Origin: a virus
Virus record (IMG/VR): IMGVR_UViG_3300047552_000910
Location: 1-64,000 of that record
DNA: 64,000 bases
Strand: one strand, 5' to 3'
A program made the position numbers and the translations under genes. A model generated the notes under the pieces. It ran no database searches and was not told the DNA's origin. It worked only from the letters and a program-made list of their open reading frames with translations. Shown piece after piece: positions 12,001 to 19,458 of this stretch. Position 1 is the first letter of the stretch, and each line of letters begins with the position of its first letter.

Positions 12001-13689
12001 TTACCTAACGAAGCTAGCATGATTGTAAGAGTAGACCAAGAAATAATAAGTGCCCCTAAAAACGAATATTTTAAGATTAAAAGTAATAAGTTATATTATG
12101 CATTAGATTATTTGCAAATCCCGTATAATTCAATAACGGAAGACGATATATTAGTTCGTATAGAAGAATTTACATTGGTAAATGGTGTTGATTATACAGT
12201 AGACTTAGCAATAAATACTATTAAGATATCGTTTGATATAGCGAATAATTATGCAGGACAGGTATTATCTATTATTGTAAATTACGGCGCATCTTATACT
12301 TACACTCCTAGAAATAATGATAATCCTCCAAGAATACAATTTAATAAAGTTTACACGGCAGATAATTTTATTAGTGTAACTAGTTCATTTAAACACGATA
12401 TTTTAAATATTCAAAGAACTGAAATTAGTGCGACGCCCGTTAGTCCAGATTCAACGTTGTATTATAATTATACCAATTTGCATAGCGGGTTAATTTCGTT
12501 AGAACGTGCCGTGTTAAACGAAAACTTCGTATGGGTTATGAAAAACGGTAAATTGTTATCGCCCGTTATTGATTATAAATTAGTAAATGATAGGAAAGGC
12601 ATACAATTATACAGCGCATCAACTGACGAGGATAGATTTACAGTAATGACATACGACAGTAATTTATCGTATTCTGGAATTGCATATATGCAATTTAAAG
12701 ATATGTTGAATAGGATGCATTTTAAACGATTAAGTCTTTATAAGCAAACTCGATTAATTAAAGATTTGCTAGTGGATGATAAGTTTATTGAAGTAGAAGA
12801 CGCTCGCACGTTTAATTTGCCCGATAAAAAACGAAATCGTCCGGGTGTTGTTGAAATACACGGGGAACGAATTGAGTATTTTACAATTAATGGAAATGTG
12901 TTAAGCAGATTACGTAGAGGAACGTTAGGAACTGGCGTGCCCGCTATACATTCGGCAGGCACATTTGTACAAGATATTGGAGTTAGCGAAACAATTCCTT
13001 ATAATGATACAGTATTAGTTGATCGTATGGTATATCAAGATTCAAATACTATTATGTTAGATAAGACGCAAGCTGTCGGCAATACAGCAATGTCTACTGC
13101 TTGGAATTGGAAAAATAAGGAAGTTGGAGAAGGTTTAGCTTTAGAACAATATAACGAGTTAGCTAAAAATTCTTTAGAAATATTAATTGGCGGGTATCAG
13201 ATAGAAAAAAGATGGGGACCCGGTATAGTTTATAAAAAAGATGAAATACTTATAGTCGGCGAGTACACTTATAAGGTGTTAAAAACCCACATTAGCGGAT
13301 CGACGTTTGATGATTTAGTGATTACGTTGATAGAAGTTGACAACACATTGCATGAAGATCAAGTAAATGTTGATAGTAGTACAGTGTATGAGTTCATCAT
13401 GGGGAATATAAAATTACGTAAAGATGATTATTATATGTTTAACTCAAACATTGCTCCGACTAGTCCGGAGGGAGATATTAAGTTTGAAAGAGATTTTATA
13501 ATATCTGCATTAACTGGCGAATATAGTTCGATAGAATTAAATCAACCGTTATTACCTGGAACACAAGTTAATATATTTAAGAAAACCGGAGTAAATTGGG
13601 ATAGTTTTGTGAACATTGAAAATGACACAGGAGAAATTGCAGACTTCTTAAAAGCTGTGCCAGGAGCATTACCAAGTGCAAGCAGATAA
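4..13689 (+). CDS. Giant virion structural protein (baseplate/tail-associated), 5'-truncated by the window edge
   Basis: 4561-aa ORF open from the window start. FG-GAP-like beta-propeller repeats (FGSSLVF..LFVGAP, FGRGVAI, LLVGAP), CBM5/12-like W...G.IV.Y...YY.A motifs, G.GY repeats, four ~70-aa repeats. Lies upstream of tail-fibre genes. Confidence 0.75.
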   Translation: MYRVRVDGAVTSEGTISNPLDTSNWEFYASSLLTVNNFDLDIFDDKDAAADLDNENLRVYVNSKKLNKADWQLEDGPYYKKIVLKKSELDDDSYTSVNYNDVVSIKVFSESPINDNGYYEIPINLQQNPLNETIDGFTFGEVFDHVGSIIDSLPTLQSDIPVELNRLVFKQESIGYNNLRDMGAVSKYGTKFVQHSGPLSLSLYHITSSENNIIRAIEQSRDDYSKFKKAFIIVAETLGVDTDVFTHVNLILEEVNRNKSSSFPYYLSDMIPYNNFKRNDFVVIDNRIKAYPLDNVFTLTSLSNKAVGVYLNSIQLLYGKDYTFDEQGFVVISAKINDNDVISVYEYDSTDGCFIPETPAKLGLLPKYEPMLYLDTTLVTPRMMIQGHDGSQILAYNDYRDQLVLELEKRIYNNIKSQYDPAVFNIYDFIPGYSRICSYSLTEFNQILAPTFYEWTSLINRDFSKPLTFDESNPFTSNYAAIDGRQVPGYWRGIYKWMFDTDRPHLCPWEMVGYSTEPVWWEDVYGVAPFSSLNMIMWTDISNGLVSDPRNAVKVYDANFKRPFLLTHLPVNVAGELLDPASIGVVVGSNNLNNRNGYVFGDGGPVESAWRKSSHYPFNLIIAAMLMHPAKTFGLLLDRARIKRNLTNQLIYTETGVRITPADIIMPSVFFSSSRIQTSGIINYLVSYIIQDKLKTLDSYVYDLSYMKSQLSYRLGGFTSAEKFNLLLDNKSPASSASSVFVPKEDYIIFLNTSSPLKKVVYSGVIVTKTTEGFEVKGYSKSHPYFNYYQWSGAGKNVNVGGISESYMQWTADKLYTIGKIVQYSDRFYRASITHTSSASFDFEYFKLLSALPIIGGKEANFRKSWDRSVVQVLPYGTILRDIQDVVDLLLGYGEWLKDQGFIFDDYNQEINQITNWETSAKEFLFWTTQNWSTGKDKWANWLPSNEIAAESIVKYNGDYYKAIRPSINIIPDSTEGLYYFSKLDGLSSVGSSVISMSPLANKITFISELSVVDDITNQFNEYEIVSVDGKPIQPSYITSFREDNRVSYISTDTNGIYGASFYLIQKEHVVVLNNNTIFNDLIYNSSSGYKQDRIKVSGYVISNWNGSFNCPGFIFDRAKIVDWAQWVDYALGDIVKYKEFYYSANTSLSGTEEFNAISWTKLDNAPVSKLLPNWSYKAAQFNDFYNLDSDNFDVVQQQLGQHTVGYQKRQYLENIIQDDVSEFKFYQGMILEKGTQNVFNKLFDVLSADDQESVDFYEEWALRVGRYGASPAYESIEFILDEVLFKNNPQGYELVETLDNTPVDYIIRQRPQDVYLKPMGYNSAPWPLSNHYKQFLKSPGHVVEADVKVVLPSLDHIIDKNDTGESLYPIEGFVEGDYVWCTFDPPQWNVYKYTNSNIQILNITPNSNSCTLLLNDVDSFLIGSYIGITNISKGAGFYKIIGKGEYTIDISAKAGIFPQPFDEIETTLLYELAGQQVQRFDDLADNKAAANIFAKNLKPNDLMWVDYNGDTTLWATWKYVPVYIPKLISSPTLDSNSLYGRAIAVNKAGRVCAVAEVNRNRTVTMFTRSNIDRYWTPAYSINMVTGTEIVIFQDSQGVLRPSEVATELALSDDGVWLAVGSPAVTRVLVTNNVLLRMSASGGQLALSTGIVSLYKKEPNTNRYIHNCTFASRNCDLDKSRNESFGSSLVFSENALFVGAPGYNSNKGIVYKLIYNSGSDFWSYGQEADDINPETITDIGNTVSFGSSVVFNNDYSILLISSTGNTTVPGTVSVFYKDGSSYDLATVINESHTPTSSFGRGVAISSNNEIAISAQLETTERKNRGIVYTYSLKNNAGVTTFSKIQSIESPYLGYNLFGSKLAFIKDSVSDYYLQTYQVEKYDDTLMIYNSDEGYDNWNYDIPRYDSEGAKIGEGLVLAYNRYFNKWVLSEAIGRYEDNVFSTAYGTGFAASNTCLLVGAPYYNYVWPYTNQSFRTGQVFEYQNLQSKRSWTVRDLEDSNIDVFKIKRAFLYNKKTSELVTYLDVLDSTQGKIAGVADQEIKYKTFFDPAIYSNLTDPVDGLSESKVIGINVVNIDNGTSWTKEQVGLLWWDLKTSKFNVVSNRDTNYRNTMQNRLAVGASVDIYEWVESSYKPSEWDKLATSTQGYSLGISGTSLYGDLVYSIAKRYDSVTKIPKNVYYFWVKNKTTASLAQNRSLSANDVANLISNPRGAGYKFIAFTSPSSFSLVNVGSLLNEENVVLSVEYWITDQITQNIHSHWELISENKDAVLPLIIEEKWFDSLCGRDKNDLLVPDYSLSPKLLYGVENRPRQGMFINRIEIVKQLVEYINKVLKTNRITDQKSLSKLNSFERAPGLRSGKYDLVVESMVSLDELSDIDVSEFKVPELQVRAVDGKIDSVQVITAGNGYAAINPYEKDLTGAVVSWYGPKFIITGDGKDADVVSIINSNGAIIGYKVINGGAGYNTVNSRCTIRSYSVLVQLDSTASDAWSIYEYNVEFNKWNKAASQSYDTRRYWNTIDWYDTGYTQFSVPDYIINTYLELTDPRYNVGDLIKITGSENWVLLEKFANSNNTDISLQYRIVGQQNGTIQFLSSLYDYNSNIGYDGTLYDNIGYDNISSIELRYILESLRDDILIDELRIEYINLFFVCLRYALSEHHYLDWAFKTSLVKANHNVGGFNQRLTYKNDNLSNFEDYISEVKPYRTKIREYISNYTKLENVDLAVTDFDLPPVYVDNKSIPVTLMLPEEENKWLDDNLVLSSYPWKYWYNNYKLGINTVDVLASGHSYTSSSTSISVAGLCDRPAKLKAIISTGEILLITVTNSGAGYKTAFVNIIDTVGTGATANVILVNGAVSDIVVTNSGTRYSTNTTIEIIGQCTIPASANLLVSNGNLVGVEILDPGMGYTTIPEIGIASSTGVGGAITCTIGSVVRTSLIKMKFDRITTNASVINPIKTEVFDLPSYVDGERTVFELKMSPSMKLGDTVVSVKQGGDVSVVELSSDDYSVFKTRILGDTHYQNTGLVILDVAPTVGSVVTISYHIDQEAFNAADRINHLYLPAINHKGQHLSQLMSGVDYGGVVIDGTSFHVDNGWNSTSYYSSNWDVFDPVFSDYTVTVSADTHELTLPYIPSATDIINVYHLKNYASSVLSDGTALSYNFNPAVYRIAVSTEYAIVTDIDISAGQRLLPCGIASTGIAGFTDLGNKIGVNSVANIHVGDYIKFTNNVFGGITPHQYYYVIEVFEPVSQITIGTIKGDVDSIINLTAANGSMTFDVVPSINRANINVGDTVEFPVITGAGLSTDLENKIVVNSVIGISAGAIIRFIKDVFGGVVLNQYYYVLEVLPLLNQITIGTIESDQDSIIQLTAGTGNMLFEIGSYAGKEPTGFAITTSKASNKITLEDSYANQLVAGDLIRFGGNTFGGLTEGQYYIKEVFNTTNQITLTLDMQVNEVVKLKNGSGLMQYIVGKEFDNVLVDRIIPEGIVINRMLTRTLPAGSAITFRKTLSHPADMIMSTEGEILLSNPVASGSIINLRGVIDSVRLDHANFGKTWTIISSSATSNELETVEDISFNVNDQIIFNGTVFGNVLVDTRYYVSQIVTNNTFKISTLRNGVVFNLETNTGSMTASQVLKPEIVMESWKGDGINNIVDIPITVLVEDGDQFVLRKENSDGSINTPSSAYDTTLSGGDVAYTTATGVNPDDIIIDGEELISPVNCPALEELIPGQMFDAVAIKVFNRPNTGAANINVENYISDGKDTVYGIGQTPNSPNAVIVTVTNTLYVARLNTFDILPIIGDYLYKSVIDIDGDASVVLLGTVNEVDDVLFTVTYTPTNLISLFNTDVVQVQDTVLGVVIDVDHISNSTIKTEGVDYRVDKETVLFTQPVAENNIISIFSIGINGGIYSIQNQYATGVSEKFSVDYPYSITSYIKPLVYVNFMLMIEGVDYVVTSRSNNILGINFSTIPAAGQLVSVMLADNSLQTFAITKTEKIIGDGRSRPYNLAYNVGDLLPNEASMIVRVDQEIISAPKNEYFKIKSNKLYYALDYLQIPYNSITEDDILVRIEEFTLVNGVDYTVDLAINTIKISFDIANNYAGQVLSIIVNYGASYTYTPRNNDNPPRIQFNKVYTADNFISVTSSFKHDILNIQRTEISATPVSPDSTLYYNYTNLHSGLISLERAVLNENFVWVMKNGKLLSPVIDYKLVNDRKGIQLYSASTDEDRFTVMTYDSNLSYSGIAYMQFKDMLNRMHFKRLSLYKQTRLIKDLLVDDKFIEVEDARTFNLPDKKRNRPGVVEIHGERIEYFTINGNVLSRLRRGTLGTGVPAIHSAGTFVQDIGVSETIPYNDTVLVDRMVYQDSNTIMLDKTQAVGNTAMSTAWNWKNKEVGEGLALEQYNELAKNSLEILIGGYQIEKRWGPGIVYKKDEILIVGEYTYKVLKTHISGSTFDDLVITLIEVDNTLHEDQVNVDSSTVYEFIMGNIKLRKDDYYMFNSNIAPTSPEGDIKFERDFIISALTGEYSSIELNQPLLPGTQVNIFKKTGVNWDSFVNIENDTGEIADFLKAVPGALPSASR

Positions 13690-13711
13690 ATATACAATAC
13701 GGAGAACTGCA

Positions 13712-13807
13712 ATGGAGAATAAAGAATTATCGGGCATCTATATAGAGTGCCATCTTAAAATATGGGACCCCGCATCCGAAGAAGTATTTGTTAATGCCCG
13801 GGCATAA
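13712..13807 (+). CDS. Unannotated 31-aa ORF resembling the N-terminus of the next gene
   Basis: MENKELSGIYIECHLKIWDPASEEVFVNARA*, with GGAG RBS at 13701 and TAAATA at 13687. Compare LSIYGFLKIYDPASNDIFF in the next ORF. Confidence 0.65.
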   Translation: MENKELSGIYIECHLKIWDPASEEVFVNARA

Positions 13808-13819
13808 AAGCGAGACAAT

Positions 13820-14422
13820 ATGAAAGATACAACAGAATTATCCATATATGGATTTTTAAAAATATACGACCCAGCATCAAACGATATATTTTTTGACGGG
13901 CATAATGCTATCCATTATGAAAACATGTCGCAATCATTAGCAGCTAGTATAATTGGAACAGGCGCAGGGGTTATAAAGCACATGGCGTTTGGTAACGGCG
14001 GAACTGCCATAGATCCAACTGGTATTATTACTTACTTGTCTCCTAATAATGTTGGAACTAATGCGAGTTTATATAATCAAACATACCTTAAAACAATTAA
14101 TCAGTATGATAATGGGAATATAGATCCTACGAAAAATTACCTCCAATTTAGGCATGTTACGGGCGCGAACTATTCGGATGTTTTTATTACTTGTTTATTG
14201 GATTACGGCGAACCACCAGACCAAGCAGCATTTGATAATGACACAAATGATTCAGTTTATATATTTGATGAACTCGGGCTAGTATCGTATAGTGCAAATA
14301 TGAATGATCAGTTATTATTGTCGCATGTTGTATTCCATCCTGTGCAAAAAGCATTAAATCGATTAATTCAAATAGATTATACTATACGCATTCAAAGTTT
14401 AACTGGATTAGTTGGAGTGTAA
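13820..14422 (+). CDS. Conserved virion structural protein (tail/baseplate module)
   Basis: 200-aa ORF between the giant protein and the fibres. MAFGNGG, FDELGL and FHPVQK..RLIQIDY motifs resemble baseplate/tail-collar proteins. Confidence 0.6.
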   Translation: MKDTTELSIYGFLKIYDPASNDIFFDGHNAIHYENMSQSLAASIIGTGAGVIKHMAFGNGGTAIDPTGIITYLSPNNVGTNASLYNQTYLKTINQYDNGNIDPTKNYLQFRHVTGANYSDVFITCLLDYGEPPDQAAFDNDTNDSVYIFDELGLVSYSANMNDQLLLSHVVFHPVQKALNRLIQIDYTIRIQSLTGLVGV

Positions 14423-14425
14423 TTA

Positions 14426-15976
14426 ATGTCTTATTTAATACGATATTCCAACCCAAATAAAATTATAGTAGTACAAGATAATGCACTTAATTCAGAAACT
14501 AGTATTTCTTTTGTAGGTAAAGATTATACTAATTATGCGCCTGTTATTGCAGAAAGTTTTTTACATTTGTTAGAAAACTTTGCTAATGTAACACAACCAA
14601 TTAATCCGTTGCCTGGGCAGTTATGGTTTAACACCAGAGATAATTCTCTTTCGGTATTTAATAAAGCATTAAATTGGAAAAGTATTGGTTTAATTACGAC
14701 AGGCGGATTTATACCTACCAATCCAGTAGCTGGAGAATTGTGGGCCGATACTGTAAATAATCAAGTAAAATTATATACAGGTACCGAATGGATTGGTGTT
14801 GGACCAAACCCGTCTGGCCCCGTAAAATCTGGTGCGTATGTAGAAACTATTATAGACACTGCTAGTGTTTCACATGTTGTAATTTTATTATATTCCCGAG
14901 ATGTTATCCTAGCAATAATTAGCGGAGACGTTGCATTCTCGCCTAACGAAGAACGCAGCGGATTTCCTGTAATTTACCCTGGAATAAATTTATCAACCAC
15001 TATTAATGATATAAAATTTTATGGAACTGCAAGTAGTGCGAGTTCTCTTTCTATAAATAACGGCGAACAAATTGTATCCGCAGATAAATTTGTTCGCACT
15101 GATATTTCAAATATTCTTAACTCTTTGTTGCAAATTCAAAATAATGGCGGAGTTTTAGTAGGCCAGCGATTAGATTTTGGTATGCAAGTGATAGACGATA
15201 TTCCGACAATAATAAGCGGGTTACCTGGGTCTGGCGGCGATAACAGTTATAAAGATATTAATATAGATTTATATCCGCAAACCGGTACAAAACAAACAGT
15301 AGTAAAAATTAAATCTGACGGCAAAGTGGTTATCGGAGTTGATTCTGCTGAAGGTAGAGGACGTGATACTTTGCATATTAATGGTAATGTTTATATTGCA
15401 GGAGCATTAACATCTTCTGGTAAAATTGTTGCGAATTCACCAACAACTGAACAGATTTCAACGGAAGTCGAACTTAATTCATCGGGGTATGATATTGGTT
15501 ACGGTATTGATTCTGGTTGTCTATTAGAAGGTGTGTGGGTTGGTTCCAGTGATAGTGTTAAGGCACCGGTATCAGTTAATAAATATGATAGTAATTTTAC
15601 CGCAGCATCTTCGTATACAACTATGACGATTACAGCGGACGGCCAATACGAGATAATTGAGTTTATGACTACTGCAGACGGTAGTTCAATGAAAGAAATA
15701 ACCCATTCTGGCCATATTAATAAAATACGAGATCAGTGCTATTTTAGAGTAGGCGACGGCTCTAACGGTTTAGAGTTGACTCCTATTATTGTTAATCAAT
15801 CTTATGATTCACTAAATATGATTTATATTGGTCCGTCAGTGGGGCAGAGATTGCCAGTTATTGAGCGTCCGTGGAAAACATATTCGTATTATCGGGTATC
15901 TTATGAAACTGATACTGCCGGCGATATAATTACTAGATTATTATCAATAGCAAGACAATGGCCGCATTTACCGTAA
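14426..15976 (+). CDS. Tail fibre/baseplate-associated protein
   Basis: N-terminal GK.Y..Y......F..LLENFA...P..P..GQLW module shared with the next ORF; P..GELW repeat. Confidence 0.7.
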   Translation: MSYLIRYSNPNKIIVVQDNALNSETSISFVGKDYTNYAPVIAESFLHLLENFANVTQPINPLPGQLWFNTRDNSLSVFNKALNWKSIGLITTGGFIPTNPVAGELWADTVNNQVKLYTGTEWIGVGPNPSGPVKSGAYVETIIDTASVSHVVILLYSRDVILAIISGDVAFSPNEERSGFPVIYPGINLSTTINDIKFYGTASSASSLSINNGEQIVSADKFVRTDISNILNSLLQIQNNGGVLVGQRLDFGMQVIDDIPTIISGLPGSGGDNSYKDINIDLYPQTGTKQTVVKIKSDGKVVIGVDSAEGRGRDTLHINGNVYIAGALTSSGKIVANSPTTEQISTEVELNSSGYDIGYGIDSGCLLEGVWVGSSDSVKAPVSVNKYDSNFTAASSYTTMTITADGQYEIIEFMTTADGSSMKEITHSGHINKIRDQCYFRVGDGSNGLELTPIIVNQSYDSLNMIYIGPSVGQRLPVIERPWKTYSYYRVSYETDTAGDIITRLLSIARQWPHLP

Positions 15977-15991
15977 AAAAGGAAATTTAGA

Positions 15992-18574
15992 ATGTCATAT
16001 ACAATTAACAGATTTAACGGGGCAGAACTTACGGTAGTAACTGATGCCACAGTTGACGAAACACTCAATATTAAGTTAATAGGAAAGAACTATGCTGGGT
16101 ATGGAGAAATGCAAAATGAAAATTTTGTATACTTGCTAGAAAATTTTGCAGGCAAATCCCAGCCATCTAGGCCGTTATCAGGGCAGCTTTGGTACGACAC
16201 AGATAATAATAGGCTTAAATTCTATGATGTATCTTCTCAGTTTAGAAGTTTAGCAGGAATTAATGTACAAGCAGGGTCACCAACTGGTGCAGGGTCGTCT
16301 GTCGGCGAATTTTGGTATGATTCTACCAACAGTCAGCTTCATGCATGGAACGGTAGTAAGTATACTTTAATCGGACCACAAGGCGACGACGTGGGCGGTA
16401 CAGTTATTCGGGCCAGATTAGTGTATGCTCTTGCCGGAGGTCCGTATTATGTATTAGAAGCAACAGTTGACAGTAAATCTGTATTTTTAGTGAGTAACCA
16501 CGGGGCATTTACTTTAGTTCCTGCATCGGACACCAAAAACACGGGATTGGGCGAGTATAATAATTCTATAATACGGCCAGGCATTAATTTAGCAGGAACA
16601 AATTCTCTCGGAGTTACTGACTCTTCTTATAATTGGCGATTTAGCGGAACAGCAACCGATTCTGAACGGCTTGGTGGATATTTGTCGTCTAATTTGCCGG
16701 TCGTTGATACGGTGGTTTTAAGAAACGATGCAGGCGCTATTACTGCAACTAACGGTATTTTTTCAGGTACTTATATAAAGTTGCCTACTGGTACTCCAAC
16801 TAATCCAGAAGGCGGGATGTTACGCTATAATAGCGGGCAGTTCCTTGGGTTTAACGGGACTGATTGGCTCGATTTAGGCGAAATCGGACAACAAGGTACA
16901 TTTTCACTAGTGGGCGGCGGAGGTTCAAGCCCTTCTATAACATTATCGGGCGGGTCCGGCAACCCTATAACATTTGCTGTTGACACTGGCAGTAGTGTAA
17001 CACTATCTCAATCAGGTAACCTTATTACGATCGGCGGTGGCGGCGGGTCGGGCGGTGCGTATTCTTTAGCAATAAGTAATGCATCAGGATCATCTGCTCA
17101 GTTGTTATTGATGAACGGGAGTTCTATTGCAACAACAATACAGTTAAGCGGCACTAATATTACATTCGGCGGGTCCGGCACAGATCTTCAAATTATTGGC
17201 GACCCAGGCCAAGGCGGTGGCTCTGTGACAGGAGTATCCACTAATATTCCTGGGTTAATTTTTAATACACCCGGTACAACACCATTGTTAACACTTAATT
17301 TGGCTGCTCCGCCGGCAGAGTGGGGTACCCTTCCTTACCTCGATGGTACTCCAGCGGGTGTATATATTTCTGGAAATTCTACTGCAGGTAGTGTTGGTAT
17401 TGGTTTTCGAAATTCTCGATCTGGGGGTGGTACTGGATATATTGGAGTGGGTTCGGGGTTAGGGTTGAATTCGACAACAGTGGTGTTAACTGCGCGCAGT
17501 GTGACACCTGTCGTGGGTAGTTCTGATTACTCAACAGTATTTCGAGTAAATTCAACCACAGCTAATCTTGGTACGTTGTTTAGCGGCATTGCAGTTAGTA
17601 AAGTGGTAAATTATTCTGAATTGTTTACCAACAGGCCGAACGACCCGTCAAATACCGGAACCGGCTTGCTTATCACACACAATTCTAGTGGTACAACTCC
17701 TTTTAAGGGGTATATTGGGTGTACTGCTTCGGCTCTACAACTAGTTTCGCCATCTATGTCAGCTAATGTGTCAACAGCCAACGGCGCCCTCGGCTTTAAA
17801 CTTTTTATAAACTCAGCTACTAAATTTGTATTCGATGACAAAGGAATACATCACGGATCAGCGGAAGGCGATGAGTATCAAGTAACCTTTAATTCCGCGA
17901 TAAACACTGGCTCTAATAATAATACTGTACGCGGAATACTAATACAAGGAAATTCTGCAGTAAGCGGAACTGATTCTGCTAGAGATAATTTCGGGGGCAT
18001 TATATTCGGGAATCAAAAATTTACCAACTCAGATCCAACCACGTATGGTTTTATTGGGTGTACCGCGGCCGCGACGTCAATAATATCAGATAAGAAGGTA
18101 AACATTGCATCGGGCAATGGCTCTGATGTCGCAGTCGCCACGACTACGCGGTTATCAGTTACTACAGCAGGAATTGTAGTAACAGGCACAATTAACGGAC
18201 AAACCATCGGCTCAGATATTAGGTTAAAAGACGTAACCGGCAAAATACAAAACCCACTAGAAAAAATTAGTCAATTAACTGGTTATCATTTTAAATTTAA
18301 TAAATTAGGGTTAGAATACGGATTACCGGAAGGTCCACAACTAGGGTTAACTGCTCAAGATGTAAAAGCAATACTGCCGGAATTAGTTGTTAATTTACAT
18401 CTTAAGAACAACGAGTTTGATAATAGTAAAGTCGAAGATCCGTACTTAGGCGTTTTGTACGATAAATTAGTTCCGTTATTGGTAGAAGGAATTAAAGAAC
18501 AAACAAACACGATTAATTCACTTACAGATCGTGTTACACAGTTAGAACAACTTGTTAAAAAATTGGTTGCGTAA
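15992..18574 (+). CDS. Tail fibre with C-terminal intramolecular chaperone (peptidase S74 type)
   Basis: Gly/Ser-rich body. C-terminal SDIRLK...L.G..F.F...G..AQDV...LPELV...Y.KLVPLLVE.IKE followed by a coiled coil. Confidence 0.85.
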   Translation: MSYTINRFNGAELTVVTDATVDETLNIKLIGKNYAGYGEMQNENFVYLLENFAGKSQPSRPLSGQLWYDTDNNRLKFYDVSSQFRSLAGINVQAGSPTGAGSSVGEFWYDSTNSQLHAWNGSKYTLIGPQGDDVGGTVIRARLVYALAGGPYYVLEATVDSKSVFLVSNHGAFTLVPASDTKNTGLGEYNNSIIRPGINLAGTNSLGVTDSSYNWRFSGTATDSERLGGYLSSNLPVVDTVVLRNDAGAITATNGIFSGTYIKLPTGTPTNPEGGMLRYNSGQFLGFNGTDWLDLGEIGQQGTFSLVGGGGSSPSITLSGGSGNPITFAVDTGSSVTLSQSGNLITIGGGGGSGGAYSLAISNASGSSAQLLLMNGSSIATTIQLSGTNITFGGSGTDLQIIGDPGQGGGSVTGVSTNIPGLIFNTPGTTPLLTLNLAAPPAEWGTLPYLDGTPAGVYISGNSTAGSVGIGFRNSRSGGGTGYIGVGSGLGLNSTTVVLTARSVTPVVGSSDYSTVFRVNSTTANLGTLFSGIAVSKVVNYSELFTNRPNDPSNTGTGLLITHNSSGTTPFKGYIGCTASALQLVSPSMSANVSTANGALGFKLFINSATKFVFDDKGIHHGSAEGDEYQVTFNSAINTGSNNNTVRGILIQGNSAVSGTDSARDNFGGIIFGNQKFTNSDPTTYGFIGCTAAATSIISDKKVNIASGNGSDVAVATTTRLSVTTAGIVVTGTINGQTIGSDIRLKDVTGKIQNPLEKISQLTGYHFKFNKLGLEYGLPEGPQLGLTAQDVKAILPELVVNLHLKNNEFDNSKVEDPYLGVLYDKLVPLLVEGIKEQTNTINSLTDRVTQLEQLVKKLVA

Positions 18575-18581
18575 TAACAGC

Positions 18582-18612
18582 ATTAGGCGACTGAATTATT
18601 CAGTCGCCTAAT
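18582..18612. terminator. Bidirectional terminator-like hairpin
   Basis: Perfect 14-bp stem ATTAGGCGACTGAA-tta-TTCAGTCGCCTAAT between the convergent fibre and thyA genes. Confidence 0.8.
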
Positions 18613-19458
18613 TCAAACAGTAAACGGATAATTAATTGGAGAATGATAGTTATAATTCTGTAATTGTATATCGCTCATTCCAAATTGATTAATATCTTTA
18701 ATTTCAGGATTCAACCATAATTTTGGCGGAGTGAACGGCTCGCGAGATAATTGAATATTTGCATGTTCGATTTGATTTTCGTATATGTGCATATCGCCAA
18801 TAGAATAAATGAATTCTCCGACGTCTAAATCACAAACTTGCGCTATCATATGCGTCAATAAAGAATAAGATGCGATATTAAACGGACTGCCTAACGGTAA
18901 ATCTGCAGATCGTTGATATAATTGGCAACTTAATTTACCGTCGGTTACATCAAATTGGCTTAGTACATGACAAGGCGGTAGGCACATTTGATCCAATTCG
19001 CCCGGGTTATAATTCATTATAATGTGTCGACGGCTATTCGGATCTGTTTTAACACCATTAATTAAATTTTGAATTTGGTCAATTGATTCGCCGGAAGAAT
19101 TTCTCCAATCCCGCATTTGTTTCCCGTAAATTCTTCCACAATCGCCCGGGTAGTTTGCACGATCAATCCAATAATCAGCATAAGCATTTTCAGTCCATAT
19201 AGTTTTATACAAAGAATCTCTGCTGCTATGTAAAATTTCAGCTAGTCTCCGTTCGTCAGAACTACCTTCCAAGAACCACAATAATTCAGACACCATTGAT
19301 TTAAATGGTAACTTACGAGTAGTTATGGCGGGAAAACCATCTTGCAGATTAAAACGCATTTGATAGCCAAACACACTGACAGTATTAGTACCTGTTCTGT
19401 TTGTTTTTATTTTACCGTTATCTAATATATATTTAAGTGCTTTAAGATATTCTTTCAT
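18613..19458 (-). CDS. thyA: Thymidylate synthase
   Basis: RTGT, ELLWFL, LPPCH, LYQRSAD, PFNIASY and HIYENQ motifs. Confidence 0.97.
   Translation of the reverse strand: MKEYLKALKYILDNGKIKTNRTGTNTVSVFGYQMRFNLQDGFPAITTRKLPFKSMVSELLWFLEGSSDERRLAEILHSSRDSLYKTIWTENAYADYWIDRANYPGDCGRIYGKQMRDWRNSSGESIDQIQNLINGVKTDPNSRRHIIMNYNPGELDQMCLPPCHVLSQFDVTDGKLSCQLYQRSADLPLGSPFNIASYSLLTHMIAQVCDLDVGEFIYSIGDMHIYENQIEHANIQLSREPFTPPKLWLNPEIKDINQFGMSDIQLQNYNYHSPINYPFTV

Noticed and set aside
14426-18574. Diversity-generating retroelement or invertible fibre cassette
   Set aside because: No reverse transcriptase, invertase or TR/VR pair seen
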